From the NCBI GenBank assembly GCA_963847625.1, contig CAWKAR010000013.1:64001-128000 (forward strand): a stretch of 64,000 nucleotides of DNA, written 5' to 3'. Under the pieces are notes generated by a model. It was not told the origin of the DNA. It saw nothing but the letters and a program-made list of their open reading frames with translations, and made no database searches. The translations under genes were made by a program, and so were the position numbers. Positions within the stretch are counted from its first letter, which is position 1. Each line of letters begins with the position of its first letter. Positions 41,171-52,632 of the stretch are shown in pieces. Source of the DNA: a candidate division FCPU426 bacterium. Its GTDB lineage: Bacteria; Oederibacteriota; Muellerivitia; Muellerivitales; Muellerivitaceae.

Positions 41171-44100
41171 GGCGCCACCACGACTTTCTGCCAAACCGTG
41201 GACGTCCTGCCGCCGGCGTAAGTAAGCTTGAGCCGGACGAGGTAAAGGCCCGGTTGGAGGTCCTGGGTATCCCGGCAAGCGGCCGTCCCGCCCGTGAAAT
41301 CCTGGTGGGCTACGGACTCTCCGACGGTGTTGAAAAAGTCCCATTGGCTGGAAAGAAGGGGTGAATCGGGATAAAGGCAAAGGTCCTGCCCGCGGGACAC
41401 GGGCACCGGCGCTAAGACCGCCTTGCCCAGGCCGGACAAAGCCTGCGTCAACGTGGAAGTTGCCGTTTCGGTGGGGCTTGGTGTGGCGGTATAGGTTGAA
41501 GTTTGGGTGGGTGTGCCGGTTGGCGTATTGGTTGCGGTTGATGTAGCCGTGGGTGTAAACGTCGGGGTAAAAGTATTGGTGGGTGTGGCCGTAGGGGTGT
41601 TGGTCTGTGTATTGGTTGGGGTATTGGTTGCGGTTGAAGTTGTTGTCGGTGTAAAGGTCGGGATAAAAGTATCGGTTGGGGTGGCGGTTGGCGTGTCGGT
41701 CGGCGTATCCGTCGGAGTCAAGGTGGGAGTATTGGTTGGAGTATCAGTAGGCGTAAAAGTGGGGGTGTCGGTATTGGTGTTCGTGGGTGTATTCGTGGCG
41801 GAATTAGTCGGCGTGGGGGTTGACGTAGCAGTACTGGTTGGCGTATCCGTCGGCGTATCCGTCGGTGTGCTGGTAGAGGTTGGAGTTGGCGTATTCGTAG
41901 GCGTATTGGTTATTGTTGGCGTGGCCGTGTTGGTCGGTGTGTTCGTCGGCGTAAAGGTAGATGTACTGGTTCCCGTGGAAGTGGGAGTGGGGGTTGGGAA
42001 AAATAACCTACAAACAAAAGCGTCCTCACTCCCCCCGCCATTAGCCGTCTGATAGGCACCGTTGGTCGTGGGAAAATTGGTGGCAGTAGTTCCACCCGTC
42101 ACATAAACCTTCCCCGATCCATCTAGTGCGATGCCATAGGGCGTATCCGCGGTGCCCAGGTAGGTGGAATAGGCCAGGGCGCTACCTGACACATTCAGTT
42201 TTGTCACGAAAACACCCCCGGTAGCCGTCTGATAGGCCCCGCTGGTTATAGGAAAATTACCACCGGTGTTTCCCGTCACATAAGCGTTTCCCAGCCCATC
42301 CACCGTGATTCCTCTGCCATAAGCCGTAGTACCGCTCCCCCCCAGGAAGGTTGAATAAACCAGATCGCTCACACCACCACCGGCTGGATTAAGTTTCGCC
42401 ACAAAAGCGTCAGTGCCGCTGGGACAAACCGACTGAAAGGCCCCGCTGGTCGTAGGAAAACCACATGAAGTATCGCCTGTCACATAAACGTTCCCCAATC
42501 CATCCACCGCGATGGCTTTGCCAAAGTCGGCATTAATCCCTCCCAGATAGGTCGAGTAGATCAAATCGCTCGCTCCGCTGCCCGCCGGATTCAGTTTCGC
42601 CATAAAAGCGTCATCGCCGCCACCGTGGTTAACCGTTTGATAGGCTCCACTGGTTTTGGGAAAATCCGTTGAAGATGTATATCCAGTCACATACGCGTTC
42701 CCAGAACCATCCAAAGCGATGGCATAGCCATAATCTGTCCCAGTCCCGCCTAGATCGGTCGAGTAGACCAGGTCGCTCGCTCCGCCACCCGCCGGATTCA
42801 GTTTCGCCACAAAAACGTTTCGCAAACCGTGATTAACCGTTTGATAGGCACCAGTGGTCGTGGGAAAAATTCCCCCAGAATCGCCAACCAAATAAGCATT
42901 TCCCGAGCTATCGACCGCAATACCCCTGCCCAGATTAGTTCCGTTCGCGCCCAGATAAGTCGAATAGACCAGCGATCCAGAGGAATTCAGCTTCGCCATA
43001 AAAGCGTCATCAGTGCCGCCGAAAGTTGACTGATAGGCCCCACTGGTAGTAGGAAAATTTGTTGATACGGTATCGCCCGTCACATAAGCGTTCCCCGATC
43101 CATCCACAGCGATGCCATAGCCATAATCATCACCGCTACCGCCCAGATAAGTCGCGTAGACTAAATCGCTCGCTCCGCCGCCCGCCGGATTCAATTTCGC
43201 CACAAAAACGTCATAAGCGCCGCCGAAAACCGTCTGAGAGGCCCCGCTGGTCATGGGAAAATTCGTTGAAGAAGTATTGCCGATAACATAAATGTTCCCT
43301 GACCCATCCACCGTGATTCCATTGCCGATATCTGCTCCGCTCCCGCCCAGGTAGGTCGAATAATCCAGGAACGGGTCGATCACCAGGGGTATAGCCTTGT
43401 CATAGGAGCCCACCTCAAAGCAGATGCGTTGGTCATGGCCCATCACGTACCGGCCTTCCACCTTGGTTTTAACTATTGTCCATTTTCCATTCTCGATTCC
43501 CTTTCGTTCCTGGTACATCACCGGCGCCTTAAAGGCCACATCACCTTGTGCCATCCGGAAAACCAGGTTTCCGTTTCCATCCAATTGGGCTCTTGCCGCG
43601 CCCTCGCAGGTGAGCCCGATCATTTTGGGGTCCGCCCCGGGCGCCACCACGAAGTCGTACTCCAACTTTCTTTGGTTGCCGTAATACACCATGTCAATTC
43701 CGGGATAAACTTGTTTCATCCTCACTTTGGCGTATTGGGCCACGCCGGTGCGCCACTTGGAAGAATTGTTGCCAAGGAAATAACTGCTTTCGCCTTCCGC
43801 TTTTTCCATCCCCTGGAAAACTGCCTTGCGGTTGCCGCCGGCCAGTCTCAAGCGCAAAACCTCAGGCCTCTCCAATGGATGTGCGCAATGAGAGGCTTCG
43901 GGTTTTCTAATTTTCTCCCGGATCTTGGATTCGCGCCGGTTCATCACGAAAACCGCTTCGGCGGGCGTAATAAAGAGGGTATAGCCGCTTCCCCTGGAAA
44001 TGAATTTGACTTGGGGATCAGCCTGTCCTGAGCCCGTCGAACGGATTTGGCCCACATTGGGCTCGAACCAAAGGGGAAGATTGACATAGGATTGAAAAAA

Positions 44101-44235
44101 TCCGGCCTTGGCTTTTTCTTGAAGGGGGGGGGCAAGATTGGCTGGCTTCGGCGTAACCGCCTTAAAGCCGATTGAGGCGTACATCAAGAACGAAAAAAAT
44201 ATGATCCCAAACCTGGAAATTATTTTCATATTCAT
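41167..44235 (-). CDS. SBBP-repeat surface protein with Thr/Pro stalk and T9SS/FlgD-like C-terminal domain
   Basis: FEPNVGQ...[14 protein letters not shown]-domain; repeated [28 protein letters not shown]; tail LAPVP...PGLYLVRL...KVVV. Confidence 0.85.
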   Translation of the reverse strand: MNMKIISRFGIIFFSFLMYASIGFKAVTPKPANLAPPLQEKAKAGFFQSYVNLPLWFEPNVGQIRSTGSGQADPQVKFISRGSGYTLFITPAEAVFVMNRRESKIREKIRKPEASHCAHPLERPEVLRLRLAGGNRKAVFQGMEKAEGESSYFLGNNSSKWRTGVAQYAKVRMKQVYPGIDMVYYGNQRKLEYDFVVAPGADPKMIGLTCEGAARAQLDGNGNLVFRMAQGDVAFKAPVMYQERKGIENGKWTIVKTKVEGRYVMGHDQRICFEVGSYDKAIPLVIDPFLDYSTYLGGSGADIGNGITVDGSGNIYVIGNTSSTNFPMTSGASQTVFGGAYDVFVAKLNPAGGGASDLVYATYLGGSGDDYGYGIAVDGSGNAYVTGDTVSTNFPTTSGAYQSTFGGTDDAFMAKLNSSGSLVYSTYLGANGTNLGRGIAVDSSGNAYLVGDSGGIFPTTTGAYQTVNHGLRNVFVAKLNPAGGGASDLVYSTDLGGTGTDYGYAIALDGSGNAYVTGYTSSTDFPKTSGAYQTVNHGGGDDAFMAKLNPAGSGASDLIYSTYLGGINADFGKAIAVDGLGNVYVTGDTSCGFPTTSGAFQSVCPSGTDAFVAKLNPAGGGVSDLVYSTFLGGSGTTAYGRGITVDGLGNAYVTGNTGGNFPITSGAYQTATGGVFVTKLNVSGSALAYSTYLGTADTPYGIALDGSGKVYVTGGTTATNFPTTNGAYQTANGGGSEDAFVCRLFFPTPTPTSTGTSTSTFTPTNTPTNTATPTITNTPTNTPTPTSTSTPTDTPTDTPTSTATSTPTPTNSATNTPTNTNTDTPTFTPTDTPTNTPTLTPTDTPTDTPTATPTDTFIPTFTPTTTSTATNTPTNTQTNTPTATPTNTFTPTFTPTATSTATNTPTGTPTQTSTYTATPSPTETATSTLTQALSGLGKAVLAPVPVSRGQDLCLYPDSPLLSSQWDFFNTVGESVAHQDFTGGTAACRDTQDLQPGLYLVRLKLTYAGGRTSTVWQKVVVAP

Positions 44236-44503
44236 ATTCGCCCTCTCATTTACAGTCATAAGATCTATCAAACAGAAATAAGTTCTCCGGCAAACACTAA
44301 AAAATTTAGTTTCTCCGGATATTAAACGCGGCAACATTTAATAACAGGTCAATTAACCATTCAACATAAATACACAACAATTTTCCATTAATAGGTTCCG
44401 GGGTGTTAATCGGTTTACAAATAACGTATGGGACCAGAAAAAGATAAGGTAAAAACTTAAATCAACTTTTTTAGTTCCCTGGCGGCCCATCCATCAGAAA
44501 CTC

Positions 44504-44740
44504 ATTGGGGAGGGGATCACGGTGGACACGCATGTCATCCGGCTTTCCAACCGGCTGGGATTCACCAAGCACCAGGACGCCGTCAAAATCGAGGTGGATT
44601 TGATGAAGGCGATTCCGAAGGAAGAATGGACCCCTTTTTCACACCGGCTGATCCAACACGGCCGGAAGGTCTGCGACGCCCGCAAACCCTTGTGCGCGGT
44701 ATGCACCCTGAATCAGTGGTGCCCCTCCGCCCCAAAATAA
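44504..44740 (+). pseudogene. Duplicate 3' third of nth
   Basis: GEGITVDTHVIRLSNRLGF...CPSAPK, nearly identical to the nth C-terminus; no N-terminal part. Confidence 0.85.
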
Positions 44741-45145
44741 TAATTTTTGGCGAATATCCCTTTGAAATAAGTAAACAAGAAAATTAGATTCGATAGTCAA
44801 ACCATTTAACCGCCGATAACGGCCGATTGACGCCGATATCGGCTTATAGTTCAAAGCGTTTTCAAACTTATCGGCGTCCATCGGATTTGATCGGCGGTTT
44901 AACCTTATTTAATTACTTATCTAAAGGGGATAATCGCTTAATTTTTGGCGAATATCCCTTTGAAATAAGTAAACAAGAAAATTAGATTCGATAGTCAAAC
45001 CATTTAACCGCCGATAACGGCCGATTGACGCCGATATCGGCTTATAGTTCAAAGCGTTTTCAAACTTATCGGCGTCCATCGGATTTGATCGGCGGTTTAA
45101 CCTTATTTAATTACTTATCTAAAGGGGATAATCGCTTAATTTTTG
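44741..45145. repeat. Exact 198-bp tandem duplication containing AACCGCCGAT/ATCGGCGGTT inverted repeats
   Basis: Units start at 44741 and 44939; reverse-complement relative at 34763-35010. Confidence 0.9.
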
Positions 45146-45194
45146 AAGAAACTCCCTAAAAAGAAGTGCGGTTGGCGGGAAAACAGAAAAAGCG

Positions 45195-45275
45195 GCCGGC
45201 GGGGATGAATAAGCGGTTTCAATGGTCGCGGCATTTGGAAAATATTAATAAATGATGATTGACCCCATTTACACT
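45195..45275. repeat. ~75-bp direct repeat ending TGACCC.ATTTACACT (second copy 49333-49410)
   Basis: ATGAATAAGCGGTTTCAATGGTCGCGGCATTTGGAAAAT is identical at both loci. Confidence 0.85.
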
Positions 45276-45316
45276 AATTAGGCTTTTTTCTTCATCCTTC
45301 ACTTCTCAACTTTCAC

Positions 45317-45371
45317 CTGTCCACCCTCACTGATCCTCTTTGCGGTAAGAGGATCTCCCCATCGTGGACAG
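45317..45371. repeat. TGTCCA..CTCCCC..TGGACA hairpin (copies at 48721-48772, 50040-50091, 11125-11151; half sites at 9694, 49691, 49971)
   Basis: Outer stem CTGTCCAC/GTGGACAG, inner stem GATCCTCTT/AAGAGGATC. Confidence 0.75.
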
Positions 45372-45422
45372 CTAACAACTCTGAAATTGCCTATAAAGAT
45401 CGAATAATTCCGGGTTTTCAAT

Positions 45423-48400
45423 TTACCGGCCGGAGATCTTGGCTTCTTCCGATTCAACACTCGCCAAGCGCGCCGCATGCGCCTTCTTTTTCTCGAACCG
45501 CGCCATCACGCTGTAAAAGCACGGCACCACATAAAGCGTGAGCAGGGTCGAAAAGACCACGCCGCCGATGACCGCGATGGCCATGGGGTTGCGGCTTTCC
45601 GCGTCCGGGCCCAAGGCCAGGGCGGCGGGAACGGCGCCCGCGATGGTGGCCACCGAGGTCATCAGGATGGGCCGCAAGGCGGATGGGACAGGCCGTCAGG
45701 AGGGCCTTGCGGACGGATTCCTCCCCCTTTTCCCGTACCTGGTTCGTGAAATCCACCAGCAGGATCGAGTTCTTCTTGACGATCCCCATGAGCAGGATCA
45801 GGCCGATGACGCTGTAGATGTTGATGGACTGGTGGGTGGCCAACAGGGCCATGAGCGCGCCGGAGACGCTGAAAAGGGAAGGGCCATGAGCACCGAGAGC
45901 GGGTCGATGAAGCTGTTGAACTGGCGAAGCCAGCACCATGTAGGCCACGACGATGCCGAGCATCAGCACCCAGAAGAGGCTCTGGAGGGACTCGGTGAAT
46001 GTCTGCGAGCTCCCGGTCAGGGTGATGTGATAGTCCGGCGGCAGGATGCGCTTGGCGATGTCCTGGGCGGCCTGCAGGGCCTTTTGCTGGGACTCCCCCG
46101 CCTTGACGTTGGCGTAAACCGTGATGGACCGTTCCCGGTTGCTGCGCCAGATCGCCACCATGGACTGCTTATTCCTCCATGGTGACCAGGTCGGAAAGGG
46201 GGACCAGTTCGCCCCGGTTGTTCCGCACAAACAGGCTGTTCACCTTGGTGCGCGGGTCTTCGTTGCTCTCTTCCAGTTTCAGGCGGATGTCGTAACGGTG
46301 GCCGCCTTTCTCATAGGTGCCGACCAGGACGCCGCCGATCATGGCCTCCATGATCTGGGAGATGCTGGCGATGCTCACCCCGCGTTCGGACGCCTTTTTG
46401 CGGTCGGGCACCACGTGCAGTTCGGGCTGGCCCAGGGCATAATTGGTGTCCAGGTCGGTGACCAGGCCGGTCTTTTCCAGCTCCGTCCATTATTTGTTTG
46501 CGAATAATCCGCCAGCTTGTCCCAATCCGGCCCCTGGACCGTGAACTCCACCGGGAAACCCCGGGAGGCGGTAAAAGCCTTGGTGGAAAGGTCCTGGATC
46601 ACCGCGCTGCACGTCGGGGATCTTGTTGAACTGCTTCCGGCAGACGCCCATGAATTCCTGCTGGCTCAGTTCGTGCCCCACGGTCGGATCGATTCCCGCG
46701 CTTGCCCCGGTCCTTCATCGTGACCAGCACGAACCGCTGTTGGAGTCGCCGGGAGAACCTCCCCCGACCTGCAGGACGTAGCGGTCCACCTCGGGCTTCG
46801 GGACGCGAGGAATTTCTCGACCTCGCTGAATTTCTGGTCCGAATAGGTCAGGCGCCGAGCCAACCGGGGTCTTGAGCCGGACATTGAACCGGCTCTGGTC
46901 CTCGGGAGGGATGAATTCCTTGTTGAGACACCAAAAAGCCGAGAAGCTCAAGGCGAAGAGCGATCAGCGCCGCGACGAATCACCTTCCAGCGGTGGTTCA
47001 AGGCCGTCGCCAAGCGACTCCGCGTAAAACATCGCTCGTCTTGTCCATGAGCCATTCCATCCCCTTGCCGAACCGGGTCGTCCGTTTTCCGATATCCACG
47101 AACTGCGAACAGCGCATGGGGGTCAGGGTCAGGGCTTCCAGAAGGGACAGCAGCACGGCCACCGTGATGGTCACCCCGAACTGGAAGAAGAATTTCCCGA
47201 TCACGCCGCTCATGAAGGCCACCGGCAGGAAGATCGCCACGATGGAGATGGTGGCGGCCATGGCGGCGAAGGTGATTTCCCTGGACCCGGCCAGGGCCGC
47301 CAGGATCCTGTTCTTGCCCTTTTCCTGGTGGCGGATGATGTTTTCCAGCACCATGATGGCGTCATCCACCACGATGCCGATGGAAAGGCTGAGGCCCAGC
47401 AGGGTAAAGGTGTTCAGGGTGAACCCGGCGAAATAGAGCACGATGAAGGTGCCGACGACCGAGGTCGGGATCGCCAGCAGAACGTTCAGGGTGGATGTCC
47501 AGGAACCCAGGAACATCCAGCAGACCAGCGCGGTCAAAAGGGCCGAGAGCAGCAGCGTGAAGTTCCAGCTCGTGGACCGCTTGTTCGATATAGCGGGTGC
47601 TGTCGAAGTTGACAGCTCAGCTTCATGCCCTCGGGCAAGCCCTTTCTGGACCTCCGCGACCTTGGCCCGGACGGCTTTGGCCACCGCGACGGCGTTGGAC
47701 CCGCGCTGCTTGAGGATGTTCAGCGCGACGCCAGGGGTCCCCATGGCGCGGCTGATCCTCAAGGCGTCGGCCATGCCTTCCTCGATCCGCGCGACTTGAT
47801 TCAGGTGGATGCGGGATATAGTTCGGCTGCCCGCCGCGCTGGTTGATGACCAGGTCGCCGAATTCCTCGATGGTTTTGGCTTCGCCCATGGTCCGGACAT
47901 TCAATTGCCGCTTTCCCTCCTCCAACTGGCCCGCGGGGGATTCCAGGTGCTCGTTCTGGATCGTGTTGATGACGTCATTGACCGAAAGCGCGTAGCGGTT
48001 GAGCGCCTTGCTCATCCACCCAGATGCGCAGGTTGGGGTCGCGGTAACCGCCCAGGGTAATGTCGCCGACTCCCGCCACCGTGGAGAACTGGTCCTTGAT
48101 GCGGTCATTGCGTAAGGACATCAGGTCCTTGAGGGGATACTTATCGCTCTCCAGGGTCAGCAGCATGATCGGCTGGTCCTCGGGATTGGATTTGCGGATG
48201 GTCGGCGAGGTGATTTCCTTGGGAAGTTTCTGCAGGACGGAGGCGACTTTGGCCTGGACGTCCTGGACCGCGAGGTCGATATCGCGGTTGAGCTCGAATT
48301 CGATCGTCACGGTTCCTTCGCTGTCTTCCGACTCGGAGGTGACGCTGCGGATGCTCTGGATGCTCATCACCGCGTCCTCGACGATATCGACGATGGAGGT

Positions 48401-48580
48401 TTCGATGACCTCCGGGGCCGCCCCTTCCAGGCGGATATTGACGGAAACCACGGGATAGTCCACGTCCGGAAGCTGGCTGATCCCCATGCGCATGAAGGAG
48501 ATCCCGCCGAATACGATGAGCCCGGCCATGAGCATCCAGGCAAAGACGGGCCGTTTGATGGAAATTTCGGAAAGATTCAA
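45423..48580 (-). pseudogene. AcrB/AcrD/AcrF-family RND permease with about ten or more frameshifts
   Basis: ISIKRPVFA, GIVVDDAIMVLENI, GIVKKNSILLVDF, RPILMTS motifs are scattered across all three frames; may be consensus error. Confidence 0.85.
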
Positions 48581-48774
48581 GGTTTACCCCAATAGGTTTT
48601 GGACGGAAAATCATAACATAATGGAGCGGATTTGATTCGAACCATCGGCACTATAGATTGGATTATGGAATCAGGCTTTTGGGGGAGACAGGCCAAAGAC
48701 GGAAAACCTTAAAAAGGATCGTCCAACCTCACTGATCCTCTTTGCGGTAAGAGGATCTCCCCATCTTGGACAAA

Positions 48775-49230
48775 TTATTCCCGGACATACAATATGAAAT
48801 CGGTGGCCGGGGGGGTTCCGCCTGATTTCTTAATCAAACTTGCGATCTGCCCCCTGTGGTAGGGGCCGTGAGTGACCGAATGAGTCAATATGTCGGAAAG
48901 AAGGGTTTCATGATCCGCGCCTTTGAAGTCCTTATAGGCGATCTTTTCCGATAGTTTCCCCTCCGACAGGCCGACAAAAAAGGTTTGGAATTTCGACTTT
49001 ATTTCCCCGCTCAATTTTCGGCATTCCGGGGCGGATAGCGCCTGATTCGCGGGCGGAACGAAACCAACGGAAGGTAACCGCGATAGCCAAACAGCCTTGG
49101 CTATAAGAATATTGCCCAATTTCTTAAGGGCCTCCTCAGGCGGCGAAGGCATCGATTCCAAGGCACCTAAAATCTTTTCATTGGCCCAATCATCGTATTC
49201 GAATAACTTTTTAAAATAGGCGGTATCCAT
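48775..49230 (-). CDS. DinB family protein
   Basis: YDDWAN, HSVTHGPYHRGQI. Confidence 0.85.
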   Translation of the reverse strand: MDTAYFKKLFEYDDWANEKILGALESMPSPPEEALKKLGNILIAKAVWLSRLPSVGFVPPANQALSAPECRKLSGEIKSKFQTFFVGLSEGKLSEKIAYKDFKGADHETLLSDILTHSVTHGPYHRGQIASLIKKSGGTPPATDFILYVRE

Positions 49231-49477
49231 GTTTTTTGCCTTTTTGAGAATGTTTCTTTTTAAAGAGGTTACCAACCATTATTTTACCGTTTTAAGAAAA
49301 ATGGCGGGAATTCTTTGAAAATCCGGCCCCGACCGGCGGAAATGAATAAGCGGTTTCAATGGTCGCGGCATTTGGAAAATTAATAATTGTTAACTGACCC
49401 TATTTACACTTGCTGATTTTCTTTTTTCAGGCCTGACCCCGCGCATGACCCCGCGCACGTCATGGACAGTAAGCCCT

Positions 49478-49681
49478 TCATGCTCCCATTTTATTTGCGA
49501 TCAGGATAATGACTGCGAGTAAGGCGAGAATCGAGAGACCAATCCAGCCCAAGTCAAAATAAAATATTCCAATGAGATCGAGGATTCCGATGAAAAGAAT
49601 TGTGTATGGTAGTTTTCTACTACCGTTTATGAAACTAAGCGAGACCCCAATCAACCAAGCGGCTATTGCGAACCAAATCAT
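49478..49681 (-). CDS. Small hydrophobic membrane protein (67 aa)
   Basis: GGGGAGG RBS before ATG 49681; three hydrophobic segments. Confidence 0.55.
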   Translation of the reverse strand: MIWFAIAAWLIGVSLSFINGSRKLPYTILFIGILDLIGIFYFDLGWIGLSILALLAVIILIANKMGA

Positions 49682-49709
49682 TTGTATTGCCTCCCCATCG
49701 TGGACAATT

Positions 49710-49964
49710 TTATTTCTGTAAAAAAATGGAATCCTTGCGCTTTTGAATGAACCGCTCGACCACAAACTTTATAGAGAAAGAAACGATAGAGCTCACGATG
49801 AAGCACAGCAAGATTTCCGCCAAAAGGGCCAATGAGTGGTAGTGGATAGGAAAAACCATACCGTCCAAGGCCCAAAAAACAATGACGAAAACAAGGAAGA
49901 AAGAGAAACAGAACAACCGGTGATTGTACTTGAAATCCAGTGGAACCCCTCCGCCTCCCGGCAT
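49710..49964 (-). CDS. Small two-TM membrane protein
   Basis: GGGAGGG before ATG 49964; two hydrophobic segments. Confidence 0.45.
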   Translation of the reverse strand: MPGGGGVPLDFKYNHRLFCFSFFLVFVIVFWALDGMVFPIHYHSLALLAEILLCFIVSSIVSFSIKFVVERFIQKRKDSIFLQK

Positions 49965-50109
49965 TTTTCCCTCCCTATCGTAGACAGCCCTAACCCACAT
50001 CAAAAAAATCGGGTCCAGGGCCCCATTGTCCATTTTCCTTGTCCACGATCCCTGCAACAAGCCGGGGGCTTGATGCTCCCCGTCGTGGACAGCCTCCAAA
50101 CATACTTTC

Positions 50110-51774
50110 CTAGGGTTTGACGGAATATTTTTGCTGGTTCGCCGGCACGTACCAACGTTCAGGATGAAAACCGATGCCGTTGCGGTTGGCCAAAAGCCCC
50201 TTGAAACGCTTATGTACCGCCGGCAGGGCGTGACGAGCGAAAAGGAAGGTAGCCGCCACGTCATCCGCCATGATCTTGTGGATGCGGTGATAAATCTTGG
50301 CCCTTTTGGCAAGGTCCAGTGTCTCCTGCCCCTGCACCAACAGGCGGTCCACGGTTTTATTCTGGTAGCACACCCAGTTGAACTGGTGCTCGCCCATCTG
50401 GGAGGAATGCCAAGAATCGTAACAGTCGGGTTCGGGGCTGCCTATATATCCCATCACCATGGCGTCGTATTTGCGTTTATTGATGTATTCGTTCACCATG
50501 GTCGTCCATTCCATGACTTGCGGCTGGCAGTCGATCCCGACCTGTTTCAACTCCTGTTTCACGATGGCCGCGATGCGTTCATAGCAGACATCGCCCTGGA
50601 TGGTGAGCAGCTTGAAGGCAAAGGGGGTGTCTTTACCGTTAATCGTCGTATGAAGAAGCCCATCCGCCCCGGGCTTCCAACCGGCCTTTTTCAGCAGGGC
50701 CTTGGCCTCCTCGGGGTCGAAAGGTAGCTGTTTCACATCCTTGTTATAGGCCCAGGATTGGGGCAAGAAGGGCCCCGTAGTGAGGTTTCCCAGGCCGTAA
50801 ACCACGTTCTGGAGGAGGGCCTGGCGGTCGATAGCCATCGTAAGGGCCCGGCGGACCTGGACGTCCTTGAAAAGAGGGTTGCCCAAGTTCCAACCGATAA
50901 ATTCGTAAAGAAACTGGTCCGTCTGGTACTTGTTGTAATAGTCGGTGAACTTGGGCGTATCGGCATCGCGGGCGTATTGATCGGGCGTCAGACCTAAAAA
51001 GCCCCAGGCCCCCATGGCGTCGATTTCACCCTTCAGGAGGCTCAAGAAAATCGAGGACTGGTCAGGAATGATTCGTAGGACGTAACGGCGGATATGCGGC
51101 TTTCCCTCCCAATAATCGGGATTGGCTTCCAACACGATCTGCTGGGCTTTCTTCCATTCCACGATCTTATAGGGACCGGTGCCGATGGGGTGCCGGTTGA
51201 AATCGCACTTGTTGAAATCCTTTCGGAGCTGACCGTCCTTGTCAACCAGGAGGTGCTTGGGGAGTATGGCCCAAAAGTTATTGGCCAGCGCCGGCGCGAA
51301 GGCCTTTTTATAGATCACTTTGACCTTGTAGGGGCTCATGATCTCGACGTTCTGGATGTACCGGTAATCGGCGGCCCCAGGCGAGTTGACCGACGGGTCA
51401 GCGGTGGCCTTCCAGGTAAAGACCACGTCCTCGGCGGTCATTTCCACCCCGTCGTGGAATTTGACGCCCTTGCGCAAGTAAAAAGTGATGACCTTGCCGT
51501 CCTTGGAGACGGTCCATTTTTTGGCCAGGCAGGGTTCCAGTTCATTGTTTTCGTTGAAGCGCAGGAGGCCGTTGAAAACGAGGTTGTCGAGGTACCCTTC
51601 GGTGGCTTCTTCCGTCAGAACGGGATTCAGGGTTTTGGCATCCATGTTGGTGGCCTCAATGAGGGTGTCCCCATCGGCTACGGGGCCGTCCTGGGAATAG
51701 ATTTTGGGGTCTTTCTTACCAAAGCCGGCTGCCAGGAATAGAACCAGAATGAAAAATATTGATTTGCGAAACAT
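50110..51774 (-). CDS. ABC peptide-binding protein, family 5 (AppA/OppA-like), orphan
   Basis: LRKGVKFHDG.EMTAEDVVFT, PIGTGPY, VRRALTMAIDR. Confidence 0.9.
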   Translation of the reverse strand: MFRKSIFFILVLFLAAGFGKKDPKIYSQDGPVADGDTLIEATNMDAKTLNPVLTEEATEGYLDNLVFNGLLRFNENNELEPCLAKKWTVSKDGKVITFYLRKGVKFHDGVEMTAEDVVFTWKATADPSVNSPGAADYRYIQNVEIMSPYKVKVIYKKAFAPALANNFWAILPKHLLVDKDGQLRKDFNKCDFNRHPIGTGPYKIVEWKKAQQIVLEANPDYWEGKPHIRRYVLRIIPDQSSIFLSLLKGEIDAMGAWGFLGLTPDQYARDADTPKFTDYYNKYQTDQFLYEFIGWNLGNPLFKDVQVRRALTMAIDRQALLQNVVYGLGNLTTGPFLPQSWAYNKDVKQLPFDPEEAKALLKKAGWKPGADGLLHTTINGKDTPFAFKLLTIQGDVCYERIAAIVKQELKQVGIDCQPQVMEWTTMVNEYINKRKYDAMVMGYIGSPEPDCYDSWHSSQMGEHQFNWVCYQNKTVDRLLVQGQETLDLAKRAKIYHRIHKIMADDVAATFLFARHALPAVHKRFKGLLANRNGIGFHPERWYVPANQQKYSVKP

Positions 51775-52218
51775 AAAACCCCCTTTTTACTTTTATTTCA
51801 ACACAATATGATTTGTTGTACATTTTATTATATCTACCACGGACGCCCCGAAAAGCAAAAAACCCATCCATCAACCACACCTGCCGTGAGCCCACAAGGC
51901 GAATGGCAAGATTTGGTTGTGCCAACTGCCGTAAGCAGTTGGTACAAGTTGATGGGTGATGAATGGCAATGTCTTACAAATGGTCTTATCAATGCCATTC
52001 CATGAACCATTTGTGCTGTCGGGCGAATTACCCGACCATTTGCATAAGCAAATGATATTTACCCTTCACTTAACCCCAAGTTAAGTGAAGAAGGTTGATA
52101 ATGCCAATTGAAAATCAATTGGTATAAAGCGGGGGGAATTGGCTTAAAGGCCTAAAGTGACGAATGTTCCCTGCACCAAGCTGGGGGCTTGGTGCCTGAC
52201 CCCCTTTTTCCCGTTTGT

Positions 52219-52632
52219 TTATGGCACAAAATCCCGGATAAATTCCGTGGGGCTTAATATTTGTATCCCCCTAAAGTTCTTGAGCGGCTGAAGATGCTTT
52301 TTGTCGCCTGAAACAAGGAAATGGGCTTTGCCGGAAAGGGCGCATTCCAGGATACGGTTGTCGCTTTCATCCTCCCGGATCACCTCCAAAACATGCCGGG
52401 TCTTGACCACTTCCGCCACGGCCAAAAGGCTTTGCCTGACCGATTCGAGCCTTTCCGAATCGAAATGGAATTTCGCCCGGAGAACCCCCGATAACTCATC
52501 CAATATAAAATCGGATAAAAGTAATGTGATCTTATCGGCCGCGGCCAAGTCCAGGATTTTTGAGGGGTGATGCCCAGGAAGAATGAAATGGGAAACCAGG
52601 ATGTTGGTATCCACAGCCACCCGGAATTTCAA
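52219..52632 (-). CDS. PIN-domain toxin
   Basis: VDTNILVS, DESDNRILECA, LVSGDKKHL; start overlaps the antitoxin stop. Confidence 0.85.
   Translation of the reverse strand: MKFRVAVDTNILVSHFILPGHHPSKILDLAAADKITLLLSDFILDELSGVLRAKFHFDSERLESVRQSLLAVAEVVKTRHVLEVIREDESDNRILECALSGKAHFLVSGDKKHLQPLKNFRGIQILSPTEFIRDFVP

Noticed and set aside
41171..41380. N-terminal extension of the 612-aa ORF
   Set aside because: Overlaps the SBBP gene; the signal peptide starts at ATG 41170
45317..51774. Classical integron
   Set aside because: No IntI and no RYYYAAC/GTTRRRY attC cores recognised
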